Counted from the first letter of the stretch, positions 33,013 through 43,667 are shown. The stretch is 64,000 nt of DNA from Burkholderiaceae bacterium (GCA_024235875.1 JACKLP010000005.1:26155-90154); one strand, 5' to 3'. Made by a program: numbers and translations. The notes: generated by a model not told the origin, from the sequence alone.

Positions 33013-34140
33013 CTATCGATCCAGCGACGCAATGGCCCGCCGAAGCTCGAATCGGGTCATCAGGCGTGTCGCCGTGTTGCTCGTGAAGCCGACCGCAAAC
33101 CAGCGACGGGCCGGGTGAAAGTACAGAAAGGTGCCCGAGACCCCCGACCAGGTCAGCTCGCCCACGGCCGCTGGATAGGCTGGCGCACCCCAGGTTTCGC
33201 ACACGGCCCAGCCGAGCGAGAAGCCGAAGCCTGGGCCCGTGAACGCGAACGGCCCGTCGATGTCGGCGCCGAGTTGATCGCGCGTGAGTTCGGCGAAGGT
33301 CTCGGGTCGCAGCAGTGCCTCCTGGCCGACGAACCCACCATCGGCCACGAAGCGGGCGAACCGGACGAAGTCCGGGAGGGTCGATATGAGGCCGCCGCCA
33401 CCGGAATGCAGCGGGTTGCCCGCGGTAATCCCGTCGTCGATTCGCGAACAGAAGGCGGACCAGGCGAGGTCGCCAGGATGGGCCCGCGCAAACCGCCCGG
33501 GTTGATCGGCTCCAATGTCAAAGCCGGTCTCGTGCATGCCGAGCGGCTCGAGCAGTCGATCACCGATGACTTCGCCCAGTCGACGCGAACTGACCGCCTC
33601 GATCACGAGCCCGAGCACATCGGTCGAGAAGCCATAGCGAAACGTGGTACCCGGCTGCGCGCACAAAGGCAGTCGGCACAGCGTCTCGAGTACTTCATCG
33701 GCGCCGAGCGAGAACAGGCGCGCATCGAGCCCGATCGCATCGGCCCGCGCGCGCGCCGCGGGATCGCGGGTCTCGCCGGCATAGGCCAGGCCCGATGTAT
33801 GGCGCATCAGATCGCGCACGCTGGGCGGGCGTAGCGGGCGGGATCCGTCTGCCATCCTCAGGCCGTCGAGCACGGGCAGGTACTCGGCCACCGGCGCATC
33901 GAGAACGATGTCGCCAGACTCCACGAACATCATGGCCACCGTACTGACGATGCCCTTGGTCAACGAAGCGATGCGAAAGAAGGCATCATCGCGCATCGGC
34001 TCCGCATCGGAACCAGGCCCCATGGCGCCGACGCAGCGCTCGAGCAGCACGGCACCTTCGCGCTCCACGTGCATCACGATGCCGGGGTAGTGCCCCGCGG
34101 CGCGCTGGAACTCGATGACCCGGTCGATCTCTGTGCTCAT
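33013..34140 (-). CDS. Serine hydrolase, class C beta-lactamase/esterase family
   Basis: S-x-x-K nucleophile motif FRIASLTKGIVS. About 375 aa. Confidence 0.85.
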   Translation of the reverse strand: MSTEIDRVIEFQRAAGHYPGIVMHVEREGAVLLERCVGAMGPGSDAEPMRDDAFFRIASLTKGIVSTVAMMFVESGDIVLDAPVAEYLPVLDGLRMADGSRPLRPPSVRDLMRHTSGLAYAGETRDPAARARADAIGLDARLFSLGADEVLETLCRLPLCAQPGTTFRYGFSTDVLGLVIEAVSSRRLGEVIGDRLLEPLGMHETGFDIGADQPGRFARAHPGDLAWSAFCSRIDDGITAGNPLHSGGGGLISTLPDFVRFARFVADGGFVGQEALLRPETFAELTRDQLGADIDGPFAFTGPGFGFSLGWAVCETWGAPAYPAAVGELTWSGVSGTFLYFHPARRWFAVGFTSNTATRLMTRFELRRAIASLDR

Positions 34141-34232
34141 GCGTCGTTTCCCTCGCGCCGCCGGACGGCCTCGGCAAGAATGTCTGCGGCAGTATAGACC
34201 GACCCCCGAACCGAACTCGACGAGGAACCCCG

Positions 34233-35456
34233 ATGCACGATGAAGCCCCGACCCCGATCACCGAGGACATGGCCGGGCTGTACCCGGAAGAAGCGAAGAT
34301 CGTCGACTCCGCGCTGGTGTTCGCCCGCACCCGGCTGACCACTGAATCGGCAAGATGGGAGCACGCGCGCATCCATCCTCGCGACGCCATCGTCGAAGCC
34401 GCCCGGCTCGGCCTGAACCGGATCGAGGTGGCGCTGGATCGAGGCGGCCTGGGGATGCGATTTCTCGTCAAGCTACGCGTCGCGCAGGCACTGGCCCGCG
34501 AGGACATGGCCTTCTCCTTCGCGCTGGTGAACGCGCACAACGCCGTACTGCGGATCGCTCGCGACGGCACGCCTGCTCATCGGGAGCGGTGGCTGCCGGG
34601 CTTGTTGCGGGGCGATTCGATCGGCGCCATCTGCCTGACCGAACCCGATGCCGGCAGCGATTTCTCGGGCATTCGCACCCGCGCGACGCGCCGCCCCGGT
34701 GGCTGGACACTCGTCGGTGAAAAGGCATGGGCCACCAATGCCGTCGCCGCCGACCATGCCCTGGTCTATGCACAGACGGATCCCGGCCTCGGCTACCGGG
34801 GCATCGCGGCTTTCCTGGTGCCGGTCGAACTGCCCGGCGTTCGGCGCAGCGAGCCCGAATCGCTCGTCGGTGCGCACGCGATCGGTGCCGGCGGCTTCGG
34901 ATTCGACGGCGTCGAACTCGACGAGGGCGCGCTGTTCTATCCGCCCGGCGAAGCCTTCAAGCGCGCGCTGGCGAGCATCAACGGCGCGCGCACCTATGTC
35001 GCTGGCATGTGCTGCGCGATGCTCGAACGCAGTCTCGAGTTGGCGTACGCGTACGCGCGGGAGCGACTGGCCTTCGGCGACCCGCTTTGGGCCAACCAGG
35101 GCCTACGCTGGCGGCTCGCCGACGTGCTCACCGAACTGGAGGCCGCGCGCGCCCTGACCGACCGGGCCGCGACACTGATCGACAACGCGCGGTCGGTCGG
35201 CGGGGCCGACATGCAAGGCCGGATCGTGCTGGCAGCGGCCCACGCGAAAAAGCACGCCGCACGCGCCGCCGAATCCGGCCTGAGAGAATGCGCTCAAGTC
35301 TTGGGGGCACGCGGCCTTCGCGACGACCTGCCGATCGGTCGGCATCTGGTTTGCGCCAGAGTCGCGCACTTCGTTGACGGCACCACCGAGATGCAAAACG
35401 AGCGCATCGCCGCACTGATGCCCGCGGCACTCGGCATTGGCGCACCGGCCCCCTGA
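34233..35456 (+). CDS. Acyl-CoA dehydrogenase family protein
   Basis: ICLTEPDAGSDFSG and the C-terminal ...FVDGTTEMQNERIA. GAGGAA lies 5 nt before the ATG. Confidence 0.85.
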   Translation: MHDEAPTPITEDMAGLYPEEAKIVDSALVFARTRLTTESARWEHARIHPRDAIVEAARLGLNRIEVALDRGGLGMRFLVKLRVAQALAREDMAFSFALVNAHNAVLRIARDGTPAHRERWLPGLLRGDSIGAICLTEPDAGSDFSGIRTRATRRPGGWTLVGEKAWATNAVAADHALVYAQTDPGLGYRGIAAFLVPVELPGVRRSEPESLVGAHAIGAGGFGFDGVELDEGALFYPPGEAFKRALASINGARTYVAGMCCAMLERSLELAYAYARERLAFGDPLWANQGLRWRLADVLTELEAARALTDRAATLIDNARSVGGADMQGRIVLAAAHAKKHAARAAESGLRECAQVLGARGLRDDLPIGRHLVCARVAHFVDGTTEMQNERIAALMPAALGIGAPAP

Positions 35457-35463
35457 TCGATCG

Positions 35464-36267
35464 TCAGGATTCGATGCGAGCGTAAGCCGAGTGGTTGTGG
35501 ATCGACTCGAAGTTCTCTGCCTCGACGACGTAGTGCCGCACGCCCGGTAGGCGCGCCACGCTGGCAGCCACGTCGCGAACGAGATCCTCGACGAACTTCG
35601 GATTGTCGTAGGCGCGCTCGGTGACGTATTTCTCGTCGACGCGCTTGAGCAGGCCGTAGAGCTCGCTGGAGGCCTGGGCCTCGATCAAGGCCACCAGCTC
35701 GGCGGCATCGACCATCGGCTCACCTTCGATCGTGACCGTCACATGGGAGCGCTGGTTGTGGGCGCCGTAGTCGGCGATGCTCTTCGAGCAGGGACAAAGG
35801 CTCGTCACCGGCACGAGGACCTTCAACGCCACCCTCGCCGCTCCCCTTGGGCCATCGGCACGCAGGCTGACCTCGTAGTCCATCAGCGCCGACACACCGG
35901 AGACGGGCGCCGACTTCGAAACGAAGAACGGAAAGCTCAGCTCGATCGTGCCTTCGTTGGCGTCCAGGCGCTCGAGCATGCGGTCATGGAGTTGGGCAAG
36001 CGTCGCGGCGTCGAGGGGGCCAAGCCCGGATTCCAGCAATTCGTGGAATCGGGACATGTGCGTCCCTTTCTGTTCGGCCGGAAGTGCCACCGAAAAGGCG
36101 AACTGGGCAACGCTGTGCTGCACGCCTCCATCCTGGCCTCGCCAGGCGACGGGATAGCGCACGCCGCGAATCCCGACCCGATGGATGGGCAACTCGCGCT
36201 CGTCGCGGCTACCCTGGACATCGGGCATCACGTTGGGCACCAGGCAGTTGATGTCACGGGTATTCAT
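35464..36267 (-). CDS. folE2: GTP cyclohydrolase I type 2 (FolE2/MptA)
   Basis: PDVQ...IHRVGIRGVRYPV...KGTHMSRF...LCPCSK...AHNQRS, motifs I associate with FolE2. Confidence 0.85.
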   Translation of the reverse strand: MNTRDINCLVPNVMPDVQGSRDERELPIHRVGIRGVRYPVAWRGQDGGVQHSVAQFAFSVALPAEQKGTHMSRFHELLESGLGPLDAATLAQLHDRMLERLDANEGTIELSFPFFVSKSAPVSGVSALMDYEVSLRADGPRGAARVALKVLVPVTSLCPCSKSIADYGAHNQRSHVTVTIEGEPMVDAAELVALIEAQASSELYGLLKRVDEKYVTERAYDNPKFVEDLVRDVAASVARLPGVRHYVVEAENFESIHNHSAYARIES

Positions 36268-36288
36268 CCAAGACCTTGCGTTGATTGA

Positions 36289-38205
36289 TCAGGCCCGACG
36301 GGCCACGAGTCGCGGACCTTCGCCCGCATCGAGCACTTCGCCGAATCGGGCACGGATCGACTTCTCGATGCCTTCTCCGTCCAGCCCTTCGAGGCGCAAC
36401 AACAGCGCCTGATCGCCGTGATCGATGAAACGGTCGGGCAGACCGAGTTGCAGCACCGGCTTGACGATGCCGGCCGTATTGAGGGTTTCTGCCACGGCGC
36501 TGCCAGCCCCTCCCATCACCGCATGTTCCTCGACCGTCACGAAGGCATCGTGGCTGCGCGCCAAGTCGGCCAGAAGCGCGGCGTCGATCGGCTTGACGAA
36601 GCGCATGTTGACGACCGTGGCATCGAGCGCCTCGCCGGCAGCCAGTGCCGGTGCCAGCATCGTACCGAACGCGAGCACGGCCACCCGCGAGCCCCGGCGT
36701 CGCACCTCGGCACGCCCGATGGGAATCGCCGTGAGGTCCTTTCGAACCGTGACGCCCGTGCCCGCGCCACGCGGATAGCGCACGGCGCTGGGGCCATCGT
36801 GCTGGAACGCCGTGTAGAGCATCTGCCTACACTCGTCCTCGTCGCTGGGCGCCAGCACGATCATGTTGGGCACGCAGCGAAGGAAGGCATAGTCGTAGGC
36901 GCCCGCATGGGTTGCGCCATCGGCACCGACCAGGCCGGCGCGATCGAGTGCGAACACGACCGGCAGATCCTGTAGCGCGACGTCATGGACCAACTGGTCG
37001 TAGCCTCGCTGCAGGAAGGTGCTGTAGATCGCGACGACCGGTTTGAGCCCTTCGCAGGCGAGGCCCGCGGCGAACGTGACCGCATGTTGCTCCGCAATGC
37101 CGACATCGAAGTAGCGCTTGGGAAAGCGACGTTCGAACTCAACCAGGCCCGAACCTTCGCGCATCGCCGGCGTGATCCCCACGAGGCGCTCGTCGAGCGC
37201 AGCCATGTCGCAGATCCAGTCCGAGAACACCTTGGTGTAGGTGGTCTTGCCCGGCGTGGCCGGCGCCTCGATGCCTTGGTCCGGATCGAAGCGTCCGGGG
37301 CCGTGATAGAGCACGGGGTCGGCTTCGGCCTTCTTGTAGCCCTGCCCCTTTCGGGTGACGATGTGCAGCAGCTGCGGACCTCGAAGGTTGCGCAGGTTCT
37401 GCAAGGTCGGGACCAGCGCTTCGATGTCATGCCCGTCGATCGGACCCACGTAGTTGAATCCGAATTCCTCGAACAGCGTGCCCGGAACGACCATGCCCTT
37501 CGCATGTTCCTCGAGCTTGCGCGCCAATTCGAACATGGTGGGCACGCGCGACAGTACTGCCCGGCCCATGCCCTTGACCTGCGCATAGAACTTGCCGGAG
37601 AGCAGTCGGGCCAGATAGCGGTTCAGCGCGCCGACCGCCGGCGATATCGACATGTCGTTGTCGTTCAGGATCACCAGCAGATCGATGTCCGGCGTGACCC
37701 CCGCGTTGTTCATCGCCTCGAAGGCCATGCCCGCGCTCATCGCGCCATCGCCGATCACCGCGACATGCCGGCGCCGCTCGGGCCCTTGCTGCTCGCCCTT
37801 GTTGCGCGATGCGACCGCCATGCCCAGCGCAGCCGAGATCGAAGTGGACGAATGCGCGGTACCGAAGACGTCGTAGTCGGACTCGCTGCGGCGCGGAAAG
37901 CCGCTGATCCCGCCGAACTGGCGCAGGGTGCCCATGCGATCACGCCGTCCGGTCAGGATCTTGTGCGCATAGCTCTGATGACCGACATCCCAGATCAGGC
38001 GATCCCGCGGCGTGTCGAAGACGTAGTGAAGCGCGATCGACAGCTCGACGGTGCCAAGGTTGGAGGACAGGTGTCCACCGGTACTCGAGACGGACGCCAG
38101 CAGAAAGGCCCGCAATTCCTCGGCGAGTGCCGGCAGCCGCGCACGCTCGAGCTCCCGGAGCTGTGCGGGGCTGCTGATTCTCTCGAGAAGCGGGTAATCG
38201 GTCAT
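36289..38205 (-). CDS. dxs: 1-deoxy-D-xylulose-5-phosphate synthase
   Basis: [13 protein letters not shown]...[15 protein letters not shown]...[13 protein letters not shown]...; ATG 38205 lies 8 nt after GAGGA. The listed GTG 38211 is an alternative. Confidence 0.97.
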   Translation of the reverse strand: MTDYPLLERISSPAQLRELERARLPALAEELRAFLLASVSSTGGHLSSNLGTVELSIALHYVFDTPRDRLIWDVGHQSYAHKILTGRRDRMGTLRQFGGISGFPRRSESDYDVFGTAHSSTSISAALGMAVASRNKGEQQGPERRRHVAVIGDGAMSAGMAFEAMNNAGVTPDIDLLVILNDNDMSISPAVGALNRYLARLLSGKFYAQVKGMGRAVLSRVPTMFELARKLEEHAKGMVVPGTLFEEFGFNYVGPIDGHDIEALVPTLQNLRNLRGPQLLHIVTRKGQGYKKAEADPVLYHGPGRFDPDQGIEAPATPGKTTYTKVFSDWICDMAALDERLVGITPAMREGSGLVEFERRFPKRYFDVGIAEQHAVTFAAGLACEGLKPVVAIYSTFLQRGYDQLVHDVALQDLPVVFALDRAGLVGADGATHAGAYDYAFLRCVPNMIVLAPSDEDECRQMLYTAFQHDGPSAVRYPRGAGTGVTVRKDLTAIPIGRAEVRRRGSRVAVLAFGTMLAPALAAGEALDATVVNMRFVKPIDAALLADLARSHDAFVTVEEHAVMGGAGSAVAETLNTAGIVKPVLQLGLPDRFIDHGDQALLLRLEGLDGEGIEKSIRARFGEVLDAGEGPRLVARRA

Positions 38206-38216
38206 CGCCACTGTCC

Positions 38217-39161
38217 TCAGGACGCTCGTCGCACGACGAACTGCGCGAGGTCACGCAGTCGATCGGCCCGGGCGCCGAACCGGGCCAAGGCCTCGATGGC
38301 ATCATCGTACAACGCATCGGCCCGCGCCCTGGCCCCGTGCAAACCCAGTGCCGCCACATAGGTAGGCTTGCCGTTGGCGGCATCCTTGCCCGCGGTTTTT
38401 CCGAGCGTGGCGGCATCGCCTTCCACGTCGAGCACATCGTCGACGACCTGGAATGCCAATCCGATCGCCCGCGCGTAGCCGGACAAGGCGGCCAGGTCGT
38501 CGTCGTGCAGTGGCCGATCCACCTCGAGGGCGCCGGCCCGCGCTCCCAGGCGCACCGAAACCTCGATCATCGCCCCGGTCTTGCGACGATGCATTTCCTC
38601 GAGCTGCGCCAGATCGAGCGTACCGCCGACAGCGTCCAGATCGATTGCCTGGCCGCCCACCATCCCCGCCGGTCCCGCGGCGGCCGCGAGCTCGGCAAGC
38701 ATGGTTGCCGCAGGACCCCCGCCATGAGTGGCCAAGGCGGTAGCCAAGACCTCGAAGGCCTGCGCCTGGAGACCGTCGCCCACGAGCATCGCCGTCGCTT
38801 CATCGTAGGCGACGTGGACGGTCGGGCGCCCGCGCCTCAGGGTGTCGTCGTCCATGCAGGGCAGATCGTCGTGAACGAGCGAGTAGGCGTGAATCAGCTC
38901 GACGGCCGCCGCCACGGCGTCGACGAGTCGTCTCGGCCACCCAGACGGGGCCTCGCCGCAGACCTCCGCGGCCGCGTACGCGAGTAGCGGCCGGAACCGC
39001 TTGCCGCCGCCTGTCACCGCATAGCGCATCGCCTCGTGCAGACGCGCTGGTCGCGCCCCGGCGGGCGGCAGGGATCGCTCGAGAGCGGCCTCTGCAGCCC
39101 CCTGCGCCATGACTCGCCAGGCAGCGAATGCGGCGGCGCCGTCAGGCCTGCTCGTCATCAT
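38217..39161 (-). CDS. ispA: Farnesyl diphosphate synthase
   Basis: GGKRFRPLL, the first DDxxD motif [17 protein letters not shown], and the second FQVVDDVLD. The start is ATG 39161 or 39158 (overlapping the xseB 3' end), or 39110. Confidence 0.9.
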   Translation of the reverse strand: MMTSRPDGAAAFAAWRVMAQGAAEAALERSLPPAGARPARLHEAMRYAVTGGGKRFRPLLAYAAAEVCGEAPSGWPRRLVDAVAAAVELIHAYSLVHDDLPCMDDDTLRRGRPTVHVAYDEATAMLVGDGLQAQAFEVLATALATHGGGPAATMLAELAAAAGPAGMVGGQAIDLDAVGGTLDLAQLEEMHRRKTGAMIEVSVRLGARAGALEVDRPLHDDDLAALSGYARAIGLAFQVVDDVLDVEGDAATLGKTAGKDAANGKPTYVAALGLHGARARADALYDDAIEALARFGARADRLRDLAQFVVRRAS

Positions 39162-39441
39162 CCGGCTCGAAGGCGCGCAACAGGTCGGCCTCCAGGACCT
39201 TGACCTGCTGCTGCACTCGCGCGAGGCTTCGGCGGCACCGGCCGACGAGCTCGGCGCCCCGCTGGTAGGCGGCCAAGGATGCATCCAGGCTGAGATCGCC
39301 CGATTCCATCTTGTCGACGATGGATTCCAACTCTGCCATGGACGCCTCGAAGTCGGTCTCGCCGCCCTCGGCGGCGTCAATGGCGTCGGCCCGATCGGCG
39401 CCGTCCGATGGCGATTCGGCTGCGGCCTTGCTGCGCGTCAT
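39142..39441 (-). CDS. xseB: Exodeoxyribonuclease VII small subunit
   Basis: FEASMAELESIVDKMESGDLSLDASLAAYQRGAELVGRCRRSL. It is the first gene of the classic xseB-ispA-dxs operon. ATG 39441 was verified. Confidence 0.85.
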   Translation of the reverse strand: MTRSKAAAESPSDGADRADAIDAAEGGETDFEASMAELESIVDKMESGDLSLDASLAAYQRGAELVGRCRRSLARVQQQVKVLEADLLRAFEPDDDEQA

Positions 39442-39710
39442 GTGGGATCCTGTGGGCGGCCAACTCGACATTTTACTTTCTCCACCCGATCCGTGCCGGG
39501 ACACCCCTGGCGATGGGCTGGCAGGCTGCTGAAATACCGGGTCGGACCCGTCGCCGCCGGATTCCCCGGGTACGGGGTTTCGGGTATCCTTCGCCCCTCG
39601 CCCGGCCTCGGCCCCATCAGGCCGCACACCTGGCGAGGGGGTCCCGATGGCCTGCCGCGAGTTCGCGCGGCCGGCGGGACGGGTTCCATCTCGCGTTCCG
39701 TGAGTCTCCG

Positions 39711-40805
39711 ATGTCGGATCTGGGTCGCCGGGACTACCTGGCTCCTTCCAGCGCGCAGCTTCCCGTTTCTGCGTACTTCGACCCGGCGCTGCTCGAGATC
39801 GAGCGCGAGCGCCTGTTTCGGGCCGGCCCCCGATACGTCGGGCACGAGTTGATGGTGCCGGAACCGGGCGACTACCGCACCCTTGCCGGCGAGGGCGAAG
39901 GCAGGGTCCTGATTCGTAACCCGGACGGGGTCTCCCTGCTGTCGAACGTGTGCCGCCATCGCCAGGCCATCATGCTCAGGGGCAGCGGCAACGCGGCCAA
40001 TGTCGTGTGCCCATTGCACCGCTGGACCTATGCGCTCGATGGCCGCCTGCTCGGCGCGCCTCATTTCGAGCAGCAGCCGGCGCTCGACCTCGGGACGACC
40101 CCGTTGCAGAACTGGCGCGGCATGCTGTTCGAGGGGCCGCGTGACGTCTCGGCCGACCTCGCCAAGGTGGGTTTCGAGGGTCTGATCGACTTCGACGGCT
40201 ATCTGCTGGACCATGTCGAAGTCCACGATTGCCCCTACAACTGGAAGACCTTCATCGAGGTCTACCTGGAGGACTACCACGTCGCGCCATTCCACCCGGG
40301 GCTGGGCCAGTTCGTCTCGTGTGACGACCTGCGCTGGCATTTCGGCGAGTGGTTCTCGGTCCAGACGGTTGGCATACAGAATGCGTTGCGCAACCCCGGC
40401 TCACCGGTCTATCGCAAGTGGCACGAGCAGGTCCTGCGATTCGGCGAGGGGCACTTGCCCGAGCTGGGGGCTGTCTGGCTCACCTACTATCCGAACGTGA
40501 TGGTGGAATGGTATCCGCACGTCCTGGTGATCTCGACGCTGATCCCGGTGGATGCCCAGCGCACGACGAACATCGTCGAGTTCTACTATCCGGAAGAAAT
40601 TGTCCTGTTCGAGCGTGAGTTCGTCGAAGCCGAGCGAGCCGCCTACATGGAAACCTGCATCGAGGACGACGAGATCGCGTTGCGAATGGATGCGGGGCGG
40701 CGAGCCCTCTTCGAGCGCGGCGAAAACCAGGTCGGCCCGTATCAGAGCCCGATGGAAGACGGCATGCAGCACTTCCATGAGTTCCTGCGGGCACGGCTCG
40801 GATAG
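39711..40805 (+). CDS. Rieske [2Fe-2S] ring-hydroxylating oxygenase alpha-subunit-like protein
   Basis: Rieske motif CRHRQAIM...VVCPLHRWTY, followed by a catalytic-domain-sized C-terminus. ATG 39711 was verified in frame. Confidence 0.8.
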   Translation: MSDLGRRDYLAPSSAQLPVSAYFDPALLEIERERLFRAGPRYVGHELMVPEPGDYRTLAGEGEGRVLIRNPDGVSLLSNVCRHRQAIMLRGSGNAANVVCPLHRWTYALDGRLLGAPHFEQQPALDLGTTPLQNWRGMLFEGPRDVSADLAKVGFEGLIDFDGYLLDHVEVHDCPYNWKTFIEVYLEDYHVAPFHPGLGQFVSCDDLRWHFGEWFSVQTVGIQNALRNPGSPVYRKWHEQVLRFGEGHLPELGAVWLTYYPNVMVEWYPHVLVISTLIPVDAQRTTNIVEFYYPEEIVLFEREFVEAERAAYMETCIEDDEIALRMDAGRRALFERGENQVGPYQSPMEDGMQHFHEFLRARLG

Positions 40806-40855
40806 CCCATCTTGGAACGCCCTGGCCGAACCCGGGGACCGGAGGAGAGAATCTG

Positions 40856-41707
40856 ATGATCTGGACCACGCTGATCGGCGTCGAAGAGCTGGCAAGCGTC
40901 ATCGACACCTGCGTCGTCGTCGACTGCCGACACGAGCTGCTCGACCTCGAGCGCGGCCGCCAGGCGTATGGCGAAGCCCACATACCGGGCGCCTTCTTCC
41001 TGCACCAGGACGAAGACCTGGCCGGCGAGAAGACGGGCAGGAACGGTCGCCATCCGCTGCCGACGCGCGCCGGACTGAGCGCGCGTCTGGCCGCGATCGG
41101 CCTGGACGAGGATCGCCAGCTCGTCGCCTACGACGAGGGCAGCGGGCACACCGCCGGGCGCTTGTGGTGGCTCGCCCGCTGGCTCGGACACGAGCGCGTG
41201 GCCGTGCTCGATGGTGGCATTGCCGCCTGGAAGAAGGCCGGGTATCCGGTCACCGACGAGACCACCGACGCCGCGCGCAGCGGCAATTTTGCCGAGCGCG
41301 CGCCGCTCAACGCGCTGCGCGACGCCGCCCAGCTGGTGCGCAATATCGATACCCGCGAGATGCTGGTGCTTGATGCCCGAACGCCGGAGCGCTACCGTGG
41401 CGAAGTCGAGCCGATCGACCCGGTGGCCGGCCGCATCCCGGGATCGCTGAATCGTCCCTTGAGCGCCAATCTGCGTCCCGACGGACGCTTCAAGCCCGCC
41501 GAGGTGCTGCGCCAGGAGTTCGTGGCCCTGCTCGGCGATGCCGCGCCGGACCAGGTCGTGCACTCCTGCGGTTCAGGTGTCAGCGCCTGCCAGAACCTGC
41601 TCGCGATGGAATACGCGGGGCTCGCGGGTTCGGCGCTCTACGCCGGCTCCTGGAGCGAATGGTGTTCCGACCCGGCTCGCCCGGTGGCGACCGGCCCGGC
41701 GGACTGA
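40856..41707 (+). CDS. sseA: Two-domain rhodanese sulfurtransferase (3-mercaptopyruvate/thiosulfate type)
   Basis: Tandem rhodanese domains (AHIPGA..., ...RYRGE...GRIPGS) with the active-site loop HSCGSGVSA. GGAGGAG precedes the ATG. Confidence 0.85.
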   Translation: MIWTTLIGVEELASVIDTCVVVDCRHELLDLERGRQAYGEAHIPGAFFLHQDEDLAGEKTGRNGRHPLPTRAGLSARLAAIGLDEDRQLVAYDEGSGHTAGRLWWLARWLGHERVAVLDGGIAAWKKAGYPVTDETTDAARSGNFAERAPLNALRDAAQLVRNIDTREMLVLDARTPERYRGEVEPIDPVAGRIPGSLNRPLSANLRPDGRFKPAEVLRQEFVALLGDAAPDQVVHSCGSGVSACQNLLAMEYAGLAGSALYAGSWSEWCSDPARPVATGPAD

Positions 41708-41711
41708 CGCC

Positions 41712-41879
41712 ATGAAAGGCGCAACCGGCCCGATCGTCCTGATCCTGATCGGGGTGGTCTTTCTGCTGGACAAGCTCGGCTACGTGCCCCTGCATCAACT
41801 CGGCCCGACGCTGCGAAGCTGGTGGCCAGTCGTGCTGATCGTGGTCGGCGTCGCCATGTTGATCCGGCGCAGATCCTGA
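41712..41879 (+). CDS. Small two-TM membrane protein (DUF5668 / LiaF-TM-like)
   Basis: 55 aa: GPIVLILIGVVFLLDKLG...WWPVVLIVVGVAMLIRRRS. Confidence 0.5.
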   Translation: MKGATGPIVLILIGVVFLLDKLGYVPLHQLGPTLRSWWPVVLIVVGVAMLIRRRS

Positions 41880-41936
41880 CCGGCCACGCGGCGTGCCCCC
41901 GGGGCGCGTGGCGATCCAGCCAGAAAAGCGGCTCGC

Positions 41937-42644
41937 TCAGCGAGGCGCCTGGGCCCGAGGGGCCGGCGTCAAGCCATACTCCCGCAGCTTCAGCGAGATC
42001 TCTTCCTCGACGAAACCTTCGGCCGGGCTGAGGCGCGCCACGTCCTGCAAGTCGTCGCGCGCGCGCTTGCGCTCGCCGAGTGCCTCGCGGCACAAGGCCC
42101 GGTAGTAGAGCGCGTGCACATGTTCGTTGCCGTGCGCGAGCGCTTCGTCGAACTGCGTGATCGCGTCGCGGTAGCGACCGAGCGCCATCAGGGTGCGTCC
42201 GGTGTGCAGCCGAACGGCGACGCCATCCGCCCCACCCGCGTCCTTGCGCTCCAGTCGACGCGCATGGGCGAGCGCGTCGAGCGCCAACTCGTAGCGGTGC
42301 AACTCGCGGTAGTAGGTCGCCAGCATCAGATAGGGCCAGATGGTTCGCGGGCGATCCAGCTCGTGTGCAGCCAACTGATCTCGCAGGGCCTCGTTCGCCT
42401 CGCCGAGCTGATGATGCGCGACTGCTCGCATCTGCAGCACATAGGCCTCGACATCGGGTGGCTGGATCAAGCCGAGGCAGGTATCGAGTTCCGCCACGGC
42501 GGCCCGGTAGCGCCCCTGCTCGAAATGATCCTCGCCACGCAGGCATTCGGCATTGATCGCGTGCGCGTAGAGCGGCAAGCCGCAGGCCGCCACGAACAGC
42601 AAGGCACCCAGCATGGTCAGCAATCGAGACCCTGAACGATTCAT
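41937..42644 (-). CDS. Secreted tetratricopeptide-repeat protein
   Basis: Signal peptide MNRSGSRLLTMLGALLFVAACGLPLYAHA, followed by repeated A/Y/L TPR-like helices. ATG 42644 was verified. Confidence 0.7.
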   Translation of the reverse strand: MNRSGSRLLTMLGALLFVAACGLPLYAHAINAECLRGEDHFEQGRYRAAVAELDTCLGLIQPPDVEAYVLQMRAVAHHQLGEANEALRDQLAAHELDRPRTIWPYLMLATYYRELHRYELALDALAHARRLERKDAGGADGVAVRLHTGRTLMALGRYRDAITQFDEALAHGNEHVHALYYRALCREALGERKRARDDLQDVARLSPAEGFVEEEISLKLREYGLTPAPRAQAPR

Positions 42645-42845
42645 ATGCCCTCCGCGATACCGGCGCCGGGCCCCGCATCGGACGGGACCTGCGGCGTACA
42701 GCCGATGGAAACGGAGTATTCGGGGTCGGGCGCCGCGCAAACAGGAAATTCCGCACCGAGCCGGACGAAGCCCACCGACGAGCAGGCCGGAACCGGAAAG
42801 ATCGCACACCGCGGGCGAGCAGGTCGCGGCCCCGCCAACCGTGCG

Positions 42846-43628
42846 TCAGTGAGCGTGCCGTGACCCGGTCAGTACCGCGATCAGGGCCACGCCGGCCAGC
42901 ATCAGCACGAGCTGCCAGAGCGCATCACGGCCACGCCCGTGCCGATGCATGTCGGGGATCAGGTCCGCGAGCGCAACGTAGATGAAGCTCGCCGCCGAGA
43001 TCATCATCACGTAGGGCAACCACTGTCGACTTTCGGCGAGCCAGTAGAAGGCCAAGATGCCGCCGACCACTGCCGCGAGACCCGAAATCAGGTTGTAGGC
43101 GAAAGCCCGGGCGCGCGAATAACCGGCGTTCAGGAGCACGATGAAGTCGCCGATTTCCTGCGGGATCTCGTGGGCCGCGATCGCGAGTGTGGCGATCCAG
43201 CCCAGATGCGGGTCGGCCATGAACGCGGCCGCGATCAGGACGCCGTCGGCGAAGTTGTGAATCGTATCGCCGACCAGGATCAACAGGCCGCCGGGCCCCG
43301 CGGCATGTCGGTCGTGGCCCGCATGGTGGTGATGGCCGTCGCCCTCGTGATGATGCGTGTGGCGCAGCAGGGCCGACTTTTCGAGCGCGAAAAAGCCGAT
43401 CAGGCCGCCCAGCAATACCCAGGCCAGACGATGCAGATCGGCGCCGGATTCGACGGCTTCGGGAAGCAGGTGCAGGATCGCCGTGCCAAGCAGCATGCCG
43501 GCGGACAGCCCCACGAGCTGAGGGACGACATGCCGCAGGACCGAAAGCGACAACCAGGCCGCCGCGACGATGCTCAACACTCCGGCCACCATGGTGGCCA
43601 GCACGATCGACGTCAGCGTTTGGTCCAA
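42846..43628 (-). CDS. ZIP family divalent-metal (zinc) transporter
   Basis: Multi-TM with a His-rich loop HTHHHEGDGHHHHAGHDRH and the motifs HNFADG / HEIPQEIGDF. TTG start at 43628. Confidence 0.85.
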   Translation of the reverse strand: MDQTLTSIVLATMVAGVLSIVAAAWLSLSVLRHVVPQLVGLSAGMLLGTAILHLLPEAVESGADLHRLAWVLLGGLIGFFALEKSALLRHTHHHEGDGHHHHAGHDRHAAGPGGLLILVGDTIHNFADGVLIAAAFMADPHLGWIATLAIAAHEIPQEIGDFIVLLNAGYSRARAFAYNLISGLAAVVGGILAFYWLAESRQWLPYVMMISAASFIYVALADLIPDMHRHGRGRDALWQLVLMLAGVALIAVLTGSRHAH

Positions 43629-43642
43629 TTCCGCCCCCGATA

Positions 43643-43667
43643 GGAGACGTTAGTATATAACATCTCC
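43643..43667. promoter_or_regulatory. Candidate Zur box upstream of the ZIP transporter
   Basis: The imperfect palindrome GGAGACGTTAGTATATAACATCTCC has 9 of 12 paired positions. Its AT-rich core GTTAgTATATAAC resembles the proteobacterial Zur consensus core GTTATAnTATAAC. It lies 15 nt upstream of the start. Confidence 0.4.

Noticed and set aside
38217-39380. 387 aa ORF implying a long N-terminal extension of IspA. Likewise 39408..40805 for the Rieske protein and 17449..18744 for the AKR.
   Set aside because: The extensions overlap neighbouring genes or intergenic DNA and are low complexity. Internal ATGs with Shine-Dalgarno sequences give N-termini that match the families.
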